Shown: piece by piece, positions 1-10,252 of the stretch
How the letters are laid out: the number at the start of each line of letters is the position of its first letter
Numbering within the stretch: position 1 is the first letter of the stretch
Program-made: the position numbers and the translations under genes
Notes under the pieces: model-generated
What the model was told of the DNA's origin: nothing
The model's input: the letters and a program-made list of their open reading frames with translations, nothing else
Database searches by the model: none
Source: Candidatus Omnitrophota bacterium
GTDB taxonomy: Bacteria; Omnitrophota; Omnitrophia; Omnitrophales; Aquincolibacteriaceae
Direction of reading: 5' to 3'
Assembly: GCA_043803685.1 (NCBI GenBank)
Contig: JAZDJU010000037.1
Span: 160,001-224,000 of the forward strand
DNA length: 64,000 nt

Positions 1-1078
1 CCGCCAGTTTTTTTCCAAGAACCCCGAGCGAATAGGCCCTTTCGACTTCCAGTCGAGCTCGCTTTCCGACCTCGCCGCGCAATGTCGGATCTTCGGCAAG
101 ACGCTCCATTGCGGCAATGAACTCTTTTGGGCCTCTGGCCAAAAATCCCGTTTCACGGTCCCGGAGGATATTTTTCGCTTCACCCCTTTCGCTAGCGACC
201 GTAGGTTGTGCCATACTCATGTACTCGAAGAGCTTGGTCGGACTTTTCGCCTTATTGAATTTCGTGTCCTGAATCAACGGCAACAGCCCGACATCCATCC
301 CGGAAAGATGGCTGGGGATCCTGTCAGGATGGATCCAGTCGTGGGCCGTTACCTTATTCCTGTGTTTGTATCCAGAAAGGATCCGCTTCATCTCATCGAA
401 ATATCTTCCCTCTCCGGCCAGATCGAGCAAGACATGATCGTGCCGGTCGGCCACTTCGGAAAAACAATCCAGCAAAAAACGGATATTGGCACCCATCTCT
501 TCATGATAGGCCGTTCCGATCCAGGAAAAAACAACGTTTTTCCTGGAAGCGACCCCTTGGGGACAAAAAAAGTCCGTGTCCACGCCGGTCGGAAGATAGT
601 GGACCGAGGGATTAAATTCCGCGAGGTAATGTTCTAGAAATTTGCTCGCGGCAATGCACGTCGTAGCTCGCCGGGCGACCTGTCGCGTGACATATTCCAT
701 CTTAGAGCTCGGATAAAAACCCAGGTGGTATGCCGGATTCTCCCGGATATTCCAATCATCACAGTCCAACACCACCCGGTTCCGCTTGGACCAGGAAACA
801 AGAAGAGGCGCCAGAGCGTGGTAATTCAATCGTTGAAGGATAAAAACCGTGTCAGAAGATTCTTGTGCGAGTCGTTGCAGGGCCTTCATGTTCAGCCCGA
901 GCTTTTTGAGCCCCGACATTTCCAGTTCTTTTTCGCCGCACTTCGCGCCCAGATCATCGGCGAATGAAAAAACCCGGGCATCGAAACCCTGCCTTTTCAA
1001 TTCCCGGCAAAAATTATAACAACGGACCCTTGCGCCGGACAATCCGTAACCTTCCCGTGTAATAAAAAGGATCTTCAT
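1..1078 (-). CDS. Glycosyltransferase, GT-B/GT4-like (partial, runs off the left edge)
   Basis: Not in the ORF track because its stop lies outside the window. Manual translation from ATG at 1078 (ATGA overlap with the upstream stop) gives MKILFITREGYGLSGARVRCYNFCRELKRQGFDARVFSF. The C-terminal part has a KSPTKLFEYMSM-like GT4 motif. Confidence 0.8.
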   Translation of the reverse strand, partial: MKILFITREGYGLSGARVRCYNFCRELKRQGFDARVFSFADDLGAKCGEKELEMSGLKKLGLNMKALQRLAQESSDTVFILQRLNYHALAPLLVSWSKRNRVVLDCDDWNIRENPAYHLGFYPSSKMEYVTRQVARRATTCIAASKFLEHYLAEFNPSVHYLPTGVDTDFFCPQGVASRKNVVFSWIGTAYHEEMGANIRFLLDCFSEVADRHDHVLLDLAGEGRYFDEMKRILSGYKHRNKVTAHDWIHPDRIPSHLSGMDVGLLPLIQDTKFNKAKSPTKLFEYMSMAQPTVASERGEAKNILRDRETGFLARGPKEFIAAMERLAEDPTLRGEVGKRARLEVERAYSLGVLGKKLA

Positions 1079-1995
1079 CGAGAAATTTTCTTTTCTGCGC
1101 CTTCAACAAATCGATTCCTGAGAATACAGTCATAAATGTTTTTCGCCATAAGCTCATAACCGGCATCGTTGGGATGCCAGGAGTCCTTGGGCCAAAGATA
1201 CGCTTGCGGGTCCTGCAACTTCTGAAAAGCCTCGTAATGGTCTACGAGGGGTACGTCAAATTGACGGGCCAAATCTTGCTGGCTGCGCCGAAGCCCTATC
1301 GTCGTATGCATCGGATAGGTGCAAAGGATCACCGGAATGTGGCTCGCTTTGCATAACTTGATCATTTCTTCGATGTCATGCTCCGCAAGATCGTCAAAAA
1401 TACTACCCGCCTCCTCTTTCTTTCTCTCGAGCTCTTCCCTAGCCTCGCCTGAGGGCGGGACGAAGAAATCCCAATGCTCTTTGGGAAAACCATACGCAAA
1501 AGCAAGGCTCTTGAACAATTTCCAGACCCTGAACTGATCAAGAAAGATCAAGACTTGTAAGGTCGCCCGAGACACCGTCGTGTTCTTGCTAAAAAGCAGG
1601 ATATTGCTCCGGTCCATGTTCCACCGGTTATTGACGCCCACAAGAAGAACAATCAATTGCGGCCGGTATTTCATGATATGGCGCGGAAGCTTGGCCAGGA
1701 TCTCAGAGGTGTTCTGGCCGATGGTCTGGTCGAAAAGACATTGGACGTTCGCGCTCGGGTATTGTTTGTTCAACATCTCTTCCAGCTGACGGGGATAGTT
1801 CTTCGAGGCACGGTCACTCGCCCCGACACCCCACGTCGTCGATTCTCCCACGCAATAGATCCTGTATCCTTCGCCGGCGCGCGGGGACGTCTTATGAACG
1901 AGATCATACCCGAACCCCAGAAGCCTCAAGAAAAGCTCCAGTCCGGCAAACGCCAAAAAGATCCCTAATAGAATGCAAACGATCTTATCTTTCAT
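1075..1995 (-). CDS. SGNH/GDSL hydrolase family protein with N-terminal membrane anchor
   Basis: Block I GESTT, GVNN, and DSWHPN catalytic D-x-x-H; lies in a polysaccharide locus. Confidence 0.85.
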   Translation of the reverse strand: MKDKIVCILLGIFLAFAGLELFLRLLGFGYDLVHKTSPRAGEGYRIYCVGESTTWGVGASDRASKNYPRQLEEMLNKQYPSANVQCLFDQTIGQNTSEILAKLPRHIMKYRPQLIVLLVGVNNRWNMDRSNILLFSKNTTVSRATLQVLIFLDQFRVWKLFKSLAFAYGFPKEHWDFFVPPSGEAREELERKKEEAGSIFDDLAEHDIEEMIKLCKASHIPVILCTYPMHTTIGLRRSQQDLARQFDVPLVDHYEAFQKLQDPQAYLWPKDSWHPNDAGYELMAKNIYDCILRNRFVEGAEKKISR

Positions 1996-2074
1996 AAACG
2001 CGCCTCATGATCCGATCGGAATGAGATCCCCTTCTCTAGGGTGTCCCATGGATTCGTTCCAACCTGCGAGTGTT

Positions 2075-3763
2075 TCAAGCCTTGAAAAATTGATAGAGTC
2101 CAAACTCTTTAAGTCCCTGGGTCATATCCAGTAAATTCTGATGATTGTCACAGTGGTTGCAATGCTCATCGTAAAGCTTCACGCCGTTCAAACACCTGAC
2201 CTCGGTATTCTTCGACAGGAATTTTGCCTCGATGCGTTTTTGACGGTAATAATCGGACTGCCAGAGTTCCTTCAGGCGGGACTGCTTCAGATCTCCCAGG
2301 GTCCTCAAATGACAGCACATACTCAGATCGCCAAGCGCGGGGATCAAACAAAAGGTCCATCCGATCGTGCACCCCTCTTTTAAAAAAACATCCTTGGACC
2401 ATGCCCCGCTCTCTTCATCGTAATGCTCGAACTGGAACTTGAGACTGCGGATAAAATCAATGCCCGCCTTCTTGAGGACCTCCTCAGCCTTCGGCAGATC
2501 CCTCTTCATTATGGCAAGCTGCTCCTTGGTCAGCCGTAAGTGCCCGTTGTTCTCATCGATCCGGATCATATAGAAACGAGCGGCATCGGTCCCGATATGA
2601 ACATCCATTTCCGCCATGGAGATGAGTTCGTGAAAATTCATGGAGTGAATGACATGCGTCATGATCACGCGAGGGAACGATTTGCCGGATCTTTTCTTCA
2701 ACTCCATCAGGGTCCTCATGTTCTCAACAGTTCTCTCAAAAAGATCGTTCGATCCGGACTCCAGGCAAACCTTGGAATAGGTCTCTGCCGTCCCTGCCGG
2801 AAGAGAGCAATAGATCTCGCGCACTTCAAGCGCCAGGATCCTTTCCGCGATCTCGCGTGTTAAAAGGGCCCCGTTCGTAAAAAAAACAGGCTTGATCCCT
2901 TGGGCCCGCACATAGGCAACCATCTCAAGAAAATCCGGATGCATCAGGGGCTCGCCGTCCCCCTGAAGAATGATCCGGTCAGTCCCGAGCTCCGCAGCGT
3001 CATCCACGATCTCCTTGAATTTTTGAAGATCGATCTTCCGGTCTAAAAACTCCTCCGGATGATGAATGAGCGGATTATGAACGAAACAATGCGCGCACTT
3101 GATATTGCACCGGTGATAAGGGTCCAGAACAATGACCTGGGGCCCCATGATCGCTTCTTCAAAAATAACTCCGAGCATGCGCGCCAGATCATCTTTCCGG
3201 AACGGGTAAAGACGGGCGTTCATTTCGGCTGTCTCAAAAATCTCGGGCAGTTCCTGATCATACCACCCGATCCTGATAGCGGGATGGATCTTGTTGAGTT
3301 CTTCAATGGTCGCGGATAGTTCCTTCGCCAAGTTTTCCACTGGGAAAAACTTGAAGGGCTCCGTGAACACCCGGCCGTCCTCGACACCGCCCCTCAGAGA
3401 CTCAAGGCATAGTCTGTACATCTGCCTGATCCGGAAAAAATTATACCGCGACAAGCCGATCTCGATTATTTTTTGGCTCTGAGCGCGTTCGCGAATATGC
3501 GCGACCACGGCGTCAAAATTTTTCTTTCCGCTGACGCGCTCGTGCAATGCGGCTCGATCACCCAGAAGAACTTTTTCGGGGTTCAGGACCTTCGGAATAT
3601 CGATCATTCCCGCAACACCCTTCACGTCCTGTGCTGCCCGGAAAAAATCCTTCGCCTTCGCAACCGCACGGGCAGGATCAGCCCCGAACAACTTCGCGAC
3701 TTTCCGCAGAAAATCCATACGGCATCTTACGGATAAGAAGTGAACGAGCGTTCGGATCTTCAT
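2075..3763 (-). CDS. Radical SAM/SPASM-type protein with long N-terminal extension
   Basis: CNIKCAHC motif, GDGEP, C-terminal Cys cluster (C...MCC...CNHC). Probable start MKIRTL at 3763 (ATGA overlap with the GT2 stop). Confidence 0.85.
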   Translation of the reverse strand: MKIRTLVHFLSVRCRMDFLRKVAKLFGADPARAVAKAKDFFRAAQDVKGVAGMIDIPKVLNPEKVLLGDRAALHERVSGKKNFDAVVAHIRERAQSQKIIEIGLSRYNFFRIRQMYRLCLESLRGGVEDGRVFTEPFKFFPVENLAKELSATIEELNKIHPAIRIGWYDQELPEIFETAEMNARLYPFRKDDLARMLGVIFEEAIMGPQVIVLDPYHRCNIKCAHCFVHNPLIHHPEEFLDRKIDLQKFKEIVDDAAELGTDRIILQGDGEPLMHPDFLEMVAYVRAQGIKPVFFTNGALLTREIAERILALEVREIYCSLPAGTAETYSKVCLESGSNDLFERTVENMRTLMELKKRSGKSFPRVIMTHVIHSMNFHELISMAEMDVHIGTDAARFYMIRIDENNGHLRLTKEQLAIMKRDLPKAEEVLKKAGIDFIRSLKFQFEHYDEESGAWSKDVFLKEGCTIGWTFCLIPALGDLSMCCHLRTLGDLKQSRLKELWQSDYYRQKRIEAKFLSKNTEVRCLNGVKLYDEHCNHCDNHQNLLDMTQGLKEFGLYQFFKA

Positions 3764-4677
3764 TTTTCGCTCTTGGACAACCTTGCTAAGCGTGAAAAGA
3801 AGATCCCTATCACTCTCGGTCTGAAAAATAGAACGTGACACCACGCGAAGATATCATAAAAAAGCATCGGTATCAGATGAAGGCAAAATCCCAAGATGGA
3901 TTCATTTTTCACAATGGTCCGATAGCGATTTTGGATCAGATCCATGTAGAATTCATCGCTGAGATAACGGCGCGCCAGGGGCTTCCCCTGCCCGGATTCG
4001 CGGCGCACGGATCCTCCCCGAACATGACATGCCACCGCCGTAGGCACATAATAGGCCTTCCACCCGCGATGATGCGCTCTCCACGAAAGATCCAGATCTT
4101 CATAGAACATGCGAAAAGCGGGATCGAAAAAACTCGCGCCTTCTTTGATCTCCTCGAGCATCTTCCGGCGATAGAAAGCCACGGCCCCGCCGACTCCGAA
4201 AATGAACCCTTCCTTTTCAAACTGGCCACGATCCAAACAGCCATACCCTCTTTCACGAGCCGTTCGCGAAACGCTCAAAAATAATCCCGTCGTGTCCAGT
4301 GTCCGATGGTCCGGACGCAAGATCTTTCCGCTCACCATTCCGACGGTTTCACTGACCGCAAACCCATTCAGGGCTTTGCTGATAAAATCATCTGCGAGCG
4401 TTGCGTCATCGTTCAAACATAAGACGAGCTCGCCCTGGCTCAGGGCGATCCCGCGGTTCAAGGATTCCCCGTAGTAAAGATTTTTTTCAGGGATAACTAT
4501 TTTTACCGAAGGATAAGCCTCTCTCGCCTTTGGCTCCACGGTCGCGTCCATCGCATTATTAACGAGAATCACTTCCGCGGGAGGACAGGTTTGCCGGCGC
4601 AGGGATTCCAGACATGCCACAAAAAAATCATTACGTCCGCGCGTCGGAACAATAACGCTAACCGAAGGATTATGCAT
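3760..4677 (-). CDS. Glycosyltransferase family 2
   Basis: VSVIVPT start, LNDD, FRMFYEDLDLSWR motifs. Confidence 0.9.
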   Translation of the reverse strand: MHNPSVSVIVPTRGRNDFFVACLESLRRQTCPPAEVILVNNAMDATVEPKAREAYPSVKIVIPEKNLYYGESLNRGIALSQGELVLCLNDDATLADDFISKALNGFAVSETVGMVSGKILRPDHRTLDTTGLFLSVSRTARERGYGCLDRGQFEKEGFIFGVGGAVAFYRRKMLEEIKEGASFFDPAFRMFYEDLDLSWRAHHRGWKAYYVPTAVACHVRGGSVRRESGQGKPLARRYLSDEFYMDLIQNRYRTIVKNESILGFCLHLIPMLFYDIFAWCHVLFFRPRVIGIFFSRLARLSKSEK

Positions 4678-4772
4678 GCTCGATGTCCGCCACACGCGAT
4701 CGCTCCCTGAGATCTTGAAAAGTCTTCATATCCCTATCAAAACGATCTGCGCATCATGCGGATGTTGATCTT

Positions 4773-6089
4773 TCATTCCTGAAGCAGCTTTTGAGCGACT
4801 TGCCTGCCGTCCAGGATCGCGTCTTCCATCGACATGTATTTCCAGGCGCCATACCGCCCGCAGGGGAAAATATCCTTGGCGCGCAAGAAATCAAAGATCA
4901 CGCTTTTCGCCCGGGCATGATCATGATCATAAATAGGATAACCATACTCGACATCGTTGATATCTTCCGCGAGGACCCTGTTGCCGGGAGACAGGAATCC
5001 TGTCTTAGCAAGGTCCCGGGTAATACGAAGCAGGATCTTCTGCTTATCGATGGGCTTGCGTTTGGAATACGAAACCTCAGCGTAAAGGGAACCTTTTCCC
5101 GAGGGTGCGACGCGGGAAGAAAAGTGATGCGGAAAACCAACGCGAAAAAAGCTTTTCTCTTTCTGCGGGAAATAGATCCAGTGCCATCCCGCGGAGGCTT
5201 CGCTAAAACGGGTCCCAAGGTTCAGGTTGAAAATGGAATTCCACCTTAACCGGTCAAAAGCATTCCGCACGGCTTGAGGAAGGTCCGGGATCATGGAGGA
5301 CAGTTCGGGAAGCGGCACGGTCGAGATCAGGCGATCAAATTTTTCTTTTCGCCCTGCGAAGGTTTCGATCTCTTTCCTTCCAAGATGGATCCTGAAAACG
5401 CCGTTTCCGGTGCGAAGGGACTGCAGGGATCCCGCGAACGCCTGCGGCAATTGTTCGATCCCGCCCGCCCTCGGATACCAGAAGTAAGCGTTATACCCCA
5501 ACTGATCCGTGCTTTTCCTGCGGGCCCCATGCCGCACTTGCTCCAGGGACGGAACAGGCACCATTCCTTCGAGCCATTCACAGGTCATCTCTTTGGGCGG
5601 AACCGTCCAGAATTTGGCGTTGTAAGGGTCCATAAAATGCCGGGCGATACCGCTCCCGAAGGTCTGGCGGGTCCATTGAAAAAAATTCTCGGGTCTTTGC
5701 CGGAAGGGCTCTTTCCCTTGTTTCTGGGCGCGCACAAAACCCTCCAGGCATTCTTTAACGATCTTCGGTGGAAGACCGAAAAGATTCGCCTGAAAAGGAT
5801 ACCGTGTATAACGGCCGCACACGGAGACCCACGCGCTCCTCTCGTGTTTGACAAGACGGCCTTTCAATAATTTCCGGACGAGATCGAAAACATAGGGGCT
5901 CTTGAAATGCAGCAAATGCCCGCTGTAATCAAAGACAAAACCGTTGACGTTCTTGGAGCGGCATAATCCGCCGATCTCATCTTCTTTTTCAAGGATGAGA
6001 CACGGAACGCCTTCTTTTTCCAGATGCCATGCGGCACTGAGCCCCGCGATCCCGGCGCCGAGAATAAGGATCTTCTTGGAGGATCTCAA
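4773..6089 (-). CDS. FAD-dependent oxidoreductase, UDP-galactopyranose-mutase-like
   Basis: GAGIAG dinucleotide fold, GGLCRS, FDYSGH, YPFQAN, GRYGAWKY. Likely TTG start at 6089 overlapping the upstream TGA. Confidence 0.75.
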   Translation of the reverse strand: MRSSKKILILGAGIAGLSAAWHLEKEGVPCLILEKEDEIGGLCRSKNVNGFVFDYSGHLLHFKSPYVFDLVRKLLKGRLVKHERSAWVSVCGRYTRYPFQANLFGLPPKIVKECLEGFVRAQKQGKEPFRQRPENFFQWTRQTFGSGIARHFMDPYNAKFWTVPPKEMTCEWLEGMVPVPSLEQVRHGARRKSTDQLGYNAYFWYPRAGGIEQLPQAFAGSLQSLRTGNGVFRIHLGRKEIETFAGRKEKFDRLISTVPLPELSSMIPDLPQAVRNAFDRLRWNSIFNLNLGTRFSEASAGWHWIYFPQKEKSFFRVGFPHHFSSRVAPSGKGSLYAEVSYSKRKPIDKQKILLRITRDLAKTGFLSPGNRVLAEDINDVEYGYPIYDHDHARAKSVIFDFLRAKDIFPCGRYGAWKYMSMEDAILDGRQVAQKLLQE

Positions 6090-7084
6090 ATTTTCACGCG
6101 TTCCATATCTTTGATCAAAAACAGACTCCCCAGTCCCGCAAGAACAAGCGCCAGGACGGCAAAAGGATGGGAGCCTCTTCCCAAAACCATACCCGTCAGA
6201 ACAAAAAACAAGGTCCAGCCCATCATCACGACCAGGGTCTTCCGTTTCGAATATCCTTTTTTGAGAAATCTCAACGCCATATGATCTTCGCTTTTGTTGA
6301 ACGCCGATCGACCTTTTCGAACACGCACCCATATAAGGAACAGCGTGTCCAGGATGGGGAACCCTAGCACAAGAACGGGTGTGAGAAGCGCCACCGCCCT
6401 GTCCGGCGTGGCATAGCGGCCTGTTAAACTGATCGCGGCCAGGACAAGCCCGAGAAAATGGCTCCCACTGTTGCCCATGTAAACTTGGGCCGGCGGCACG
6501 TTAAAGATCCAAAAGCCCAGCACGCTTCCTGCCAACACGCAGGAAAATCCCAAGGTCAAACTGTCCCCGCTCATACATGAAAGAACACAGAACCCGGAAA
6601 GGATCACAAGGGCGACACCGCCCGCCAAGCCGTCCATGACATCCAAAAGATTCATAGCGTTCGTGATCCCGATGATCCACAGAACAGAGATCACAAGATT
6701 CAGCGGTTCGCCCACATTGAAAAAATTCGTTCTAACGCCAAATGCTATCAGGATCGCCGCCGCGAACAGTTGCACCCAGAATTTCTGAGCCACGGACAAC
6801 TCCTTATGGTCATCAAAAATGCCGGCAACGAGCATGACGGCCGAAGCGATCAAAAGACCCATGGCTTCCCGGGAAAGACTGGAAAAAAAAGGCCCCGTTA
6901 GCAAGAGCCCCATAAGGAGCGCCAGTCCCATACTGATTCCACCGATCGAAGGAACCTCTTTGGAGGTCAAAAAAGACCAGCGCCTGGCGGCCGGCCGGAT
7001 CAACAGCAGAAACAACACGGAAAATAAAAACCCGATCCCCGCAGCCACTGCCGGACTACTCATGAGCATGCACTCTCCCCCCAT
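6086..7084 (-). CDS. Undecaprenyl-phosphate alpha-GlcNAc-1-phosphate transferase (WecA/TagO, MraY superfamily)
   Basis: Multi-TM; GIFDD, NAMNLLDVMDGLA, YMGNSGS motifs. Confidence 0.88.
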   Translation of the reverse strand: MGGECMLMSSPAVAAGIGFLFSVLFLLLIRPAARRWSFLTSKEVPSIGGISMGLALLMGLLLTGPFFSSLSREAMGLLIASAVMLVAGIFDDHKELSVAQKFWVQLFAAAILIAFGVRTNFFNVGEPLNLVISVLWIIGITNAMNLLDVMDGLAGGVALVILSGFCVLSCMSGDSLTLGFSCVLAGSVLGFWIFNVPPAQVYMGNSGSHFLGLVLAAISLTGRYATPDRAVALLTPVLVLGFPILDTLFLIWVRVRKGRSAFNKSEDHMALRFLKKGYSKRKTLVVMMGWTLFFVLTGMVLGRGSHPFAVLALVLAGLGSLFLIKDMERVKI

Positions 7085-8222
7085 TCCCGGTCAGTTCCTG
7101 ATAGAGCCCGGCGTGAGCTTTTATCATGGTTTGCGTGTCAAAAGTGTCGTCTATACGCCGCTTCGCGCACTGAACCATTCGCTCTCTGCGAGCAGCATCT
7201 TCTAAAAAAATGCTCGCATTTTTTAGCATAGAAGCCATGTTATGGCAAGGAACAAGAAATCCCGTTTCCCCCTCTACGATCACTTCGGAGATCCCTCCCG
7301 TATGGGTCGCCACCACCGGCACTTGACTCGCCATCGCCTCCAGGACCGCGATCGGCAATCCCTCCCAGAGGGAGGTCAGTACAAAAACATCCATCGCGGA
7401 CAAAACCCTGGGAATATCCCTTCGCCAACCCGTCAAAATGAACCGGGACCTCAAATCGAGTTCATCGATCGACCGTTCCATCTTCTCCCGGAGCACGCCA
7501 TCACCCACCCATAAGAACCAGGCGTGCGGCAAGGCCTCTTTTGCGTAGGAAGCCAATTTTATAAAATCTTCCGGAGACTTTTGGGGTTTAAAACAGGCGA
7601 TCGTTCCGATCACGACCGCATCCTCAGGGATCCCCAACTCCTTTCGAATATAAAGATCCCTTTTCTCAAACCGGGCCCGGTCAATGCCATAACGTATCAA
7701 AGCATAATGCTTCTCTGAACCGATCCCGCAACCCAGGCCCTTTTGCCTGTCGTGCTCCGAAACGACAATGATCTTGTCGGTAAATTTCGCGGTGAATTTC
7801 TCGAGTCCTCGATAAAGATTTCTGATAAACGGTTTTTGAAAATCATGGAAGGCCCAGCCGTGGACCGTGTGAAGAATGATCCTGGCGCGGACCAGGGCCC
7901 CGGCGAATCTTCCAAGAATGCCGGCTTTGGAGCTATGCGTGTGAACGATATCGATCTTGTTCCTTCGGATGAACCGGATCATTTCGATCAGAGAGAGAAT
8001 GTCTTTCAGCGGATCGATCGGCCGTTTCAAATACCGGGACCTGTGAACGACAAGACCGTCCATAGACAAAGCTTCTTCGACAAGCGGTCCTTCTTGACCG
8101 GTGAAGAGAAAAAGAGCGTAACGATCCTTGTCGATCCCCCGGATCAGGCTTAGCAACTGGGTCTGCGCACCGCCGAGTTCCAACTGGGTGATCACATAAA
8201 GGATCCGGACCTTTTGCATCAA
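7056..8222 (-). CDS. Glycosyltransferase family 4
   Basis: GGAQ, HTHSSKAG, EGLPIAVLEAMA motifs. Confidence 0.92.
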   Translation of the reverse strand: MMQKVRILYVITQLELGGAQTQLLSLIRGIDKDRYALFLFTGQEGPLVEEALSMDGLVVHRSRYLKRPIDPLKDILSLIEMIRFIRRNKIDIVHTHSSKAGILGRFAGALVRARIILHTVHGWAFHDFQKPFIRNLYRGLEKFTAKFTDKIIVVSEHDRQKGLGCGIGSEKHYALIRYGIDRARFEKRDLYIRKELGIPEDAVVIGTIACFKPQKSPEDFIKLASYAKEALPHAWFLWVGDGVLREKMERSIDELDLRSRFILTGWRRDIPRVLSAMDVFVLTSLWEGLPIAVLEAMASQVPVVATHTGGISEVIVEGETGFLVPCHNMASMLKNASIFLEDAARRERMVQCAKRRIDDTFDTQTMIKAHAGLYQELTGNGGRVHAHE

Positions 8223-8299
8223 AAAACCTCTCGGAATATTGTTTCCAGAACAGTTTTCTTCAAGCGCGCCCGAGCTCGGAGGGGCGCCGTATCGGCTGG

Positions 8300-10069
8300 T
8301 TATTTACTTTCCACGCAAACGCGATTTTTTCCGGACTCTTTCGCTTTGTAGAGAGCCGCATCGGCCCGGTGCACCATGGAGTCCGGCATATTCTCGCCCG
8401 GACGAAGGGTCGCCACGCCAAGGCTCACGGTCACCGAAATTAATTTTCCTTCCCATTCGAACCTGGCTTCTTCGATCTTTTTCCGGATACGCTCCGCTAC
8501 GCTTTCGGCGGGCATAAGTCCGGCCTGGCGAAGCATGATAATGAATTCCTCTCCTCCGTAACGGGCCGCGAAATCGATCTCGCGGAAAGGCCGCCGTTTC
8601 CGGATAAAGGCAACAAGGATCGCGGCGGTCTTCTTGAGGACCATGTCACCCGCGGGATGGCCATAGGTATCGTTGATCTTTTTAAAGTTGTCGATATCGA
8701 ACAGAATGATCGATAATGCTTTTTTCCGGACATTCGCTTCGCGGGCGACCTGATTCATGATCAGGCGGAAATGACGGATCACATACAGCTCGGTCAGGCC
8801 GTCGCGCGTAGCGAGGTGAAAAAGGTGGGATTTTTCACGGGTCGCCGTAGCCTGAACATAGATCGCCGAAAAAATGAAGAGGCAGAGCATGAGAAGCGCC
8901 GGATAAACCACCGAGAACGCCAAATGCCACTTGGCGAACACCCCCAGACAGAAAACGAACCATCCCGCGACCAGCAAAAGCGCCGCGACAAGCGACCAGG
9001 CCCCGCTCAACATCACAAATAAGATCGTCGCCAAGCCGCCGATCCCCAAGAGACAAAGGACATTCCCCCAGAGGGAAACGGGACGCACCCAGTTCCCGGT
9101 CAACGCCGCGTTCAATACTTGCGCGTAGACACCGATCTTCGGGTACGCGGTGCTCAGAGGCGTGACTCCGAATTCCGCCACGCCAGGGGCGGTCACTCCG
9201 ACAAGGCAGATCTTTCCGGCGATCAGACCCGGATCGATGACCGGACGCTGTCCCTTCTGGATCGCATAAAAGCTGTGAACCAGGTCCGAATACTGGTACC
9301 GTGGAAATCCTTGGTCCCAGGCCACGCTCCAGGGAATAAGCATCTTCCCGTTGGGATCCGCGAAAGCGGCCCAATCCTGGGGTAAAGAAAGCGATCGTTT
9401 CATTTGGTCCAAGACCGCACGAACGGGAAGAAAAAGATGGCTCTCCTTCCCTTCCTTAATAAAAAGGTCAAATCTTCTCAAGGTGCCGTCTGGATCGGGG
9501 GCAAGGAAAGTGTGCCCCGTGGCCCGCGCATTTTTCTCGAACTCGGGCATCGCATGGACCCAGTCTTTCTTGCCAACCCCGGTGTCCAAAACAACGGGCA
9601 TCCCATGGATCCAGAACTTTTTTTCTTTTCGCGGCTTCAGATCGACCGGTAAATAATAAGGGGTCTCGATTTTTCCTAAAGACTGCGCCAGATCCTCATC
9701 ATTCTTGGGATCGGTGGGTTCGGACAGATCGACGTCCAGAATGATGGCCGCCGCCTTCCATTCGCTTAAAAGACGCGCGATGATCGCATGATAACTCCTG
9801 GGCCACGGCCAGGCCCCGACTTCTTCGAGAGATGTCCGCGAGATCTCGATCAGAACAATTCCCGGATGCACCTGCCCCCAGGCCACCCGCTTGAGAAAAC
9901 TATCGCGGAGAAGATCGTCAAAGCGGTCCAGCTTATGAGTGGCCAACAGGAACGCAAAAACTCCGATGATCAGGAAATAGCTTCCGAACCGGATCCAATC
10001 CTGAAACCCCCTGGACCGGGTACGCGAAAAAAGCTCCTCGGTCGCTTCAATGGGTTCATGCGGGGTCAT
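8300..10069 (-). CDS. CHASE2-domain diguanylate cyclase
   Basis: CHASE2 (WPWPR, DPDGTLRR), TM helices, RDGLT...DIDNFKKINDTYGH...RYGGEEF, with an RxxD I-site (REID). Confidence 0.9.
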   Translation of the reverse strand: MTPHEPIEATEELFSRTRSRGFQDWIRFGSYFLIIGVFAFLLATHKLDRFDDLLRDSFLKRVAWGQVHPGIVLIEISRTSLEEVGAWPWPRSYHAIIARLLSEWKAAAIILDVDLSEPTDPKNDEDLAQSLGKIETPYYLPVDLKPRKEKKFWIHGMPVVLDTGVGKKDWVHAMPEFEKNARATGHTFLAPDPDGTLRRFDLFIKEGKESHLFLPVRAVLDQMKRSLSLPQDWAAFADPNGKMLIPWSVAWDQGFPRYQYSDLVHSFYAIQKGQRPVIDPGLIAGKICLVGVTAPGVAEFGVTPLSTAYPKIGVYAQVLNAALTGNWVRPVSLWGNVLCLLGIGGLATILFVMLSGAWSLVAALLLVAGWFVFCLGVFAKWHLAFSVVYPALLMLCLFIFSAIYVQATATREKSHLFHLATRDGLTELYVIRHFRLIMNQVAREANVRKKALSIILFDIDNFKKINDTYGHPAGDMVLKKTAAILVAFIRKRRPFREIDFAARYGGEEFIIMLRQAGLMPAESVAERIRKKIEEARFEWEGKLISVTVSLGVATLRPGENMPDSMVHRADAALYKAKESGKNRVCVESK

Positions 10070-10181
10070 AAGGCGGGAAATTCCCCTGCGGAAGAAAGCT
10101 GATATTTGTTACAGATGGACATCATGGAGGAAAATTCTATCGTATTTTCATCCAAAGAGCCAGCAAAGGCCGTGCCTGGGT

Positions 10182-10250
10182 AAGGCGTACAGAGTACGGC
10201 GTTGCGGCAAAAATATTTTCGCCGTACGCAACGCGCCTTGCGCCGTACAG
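10182..10250. repeat. Heptamer-based palindromic element (GGCGTAC/GTACGCC type)
   Basis: ggcgtac-agagtac-ggcgttg...ccgtacg...ccgtaca; similar to 21921-21975. Confidence 0.7.
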
Positions 10251-10252
10251 CG

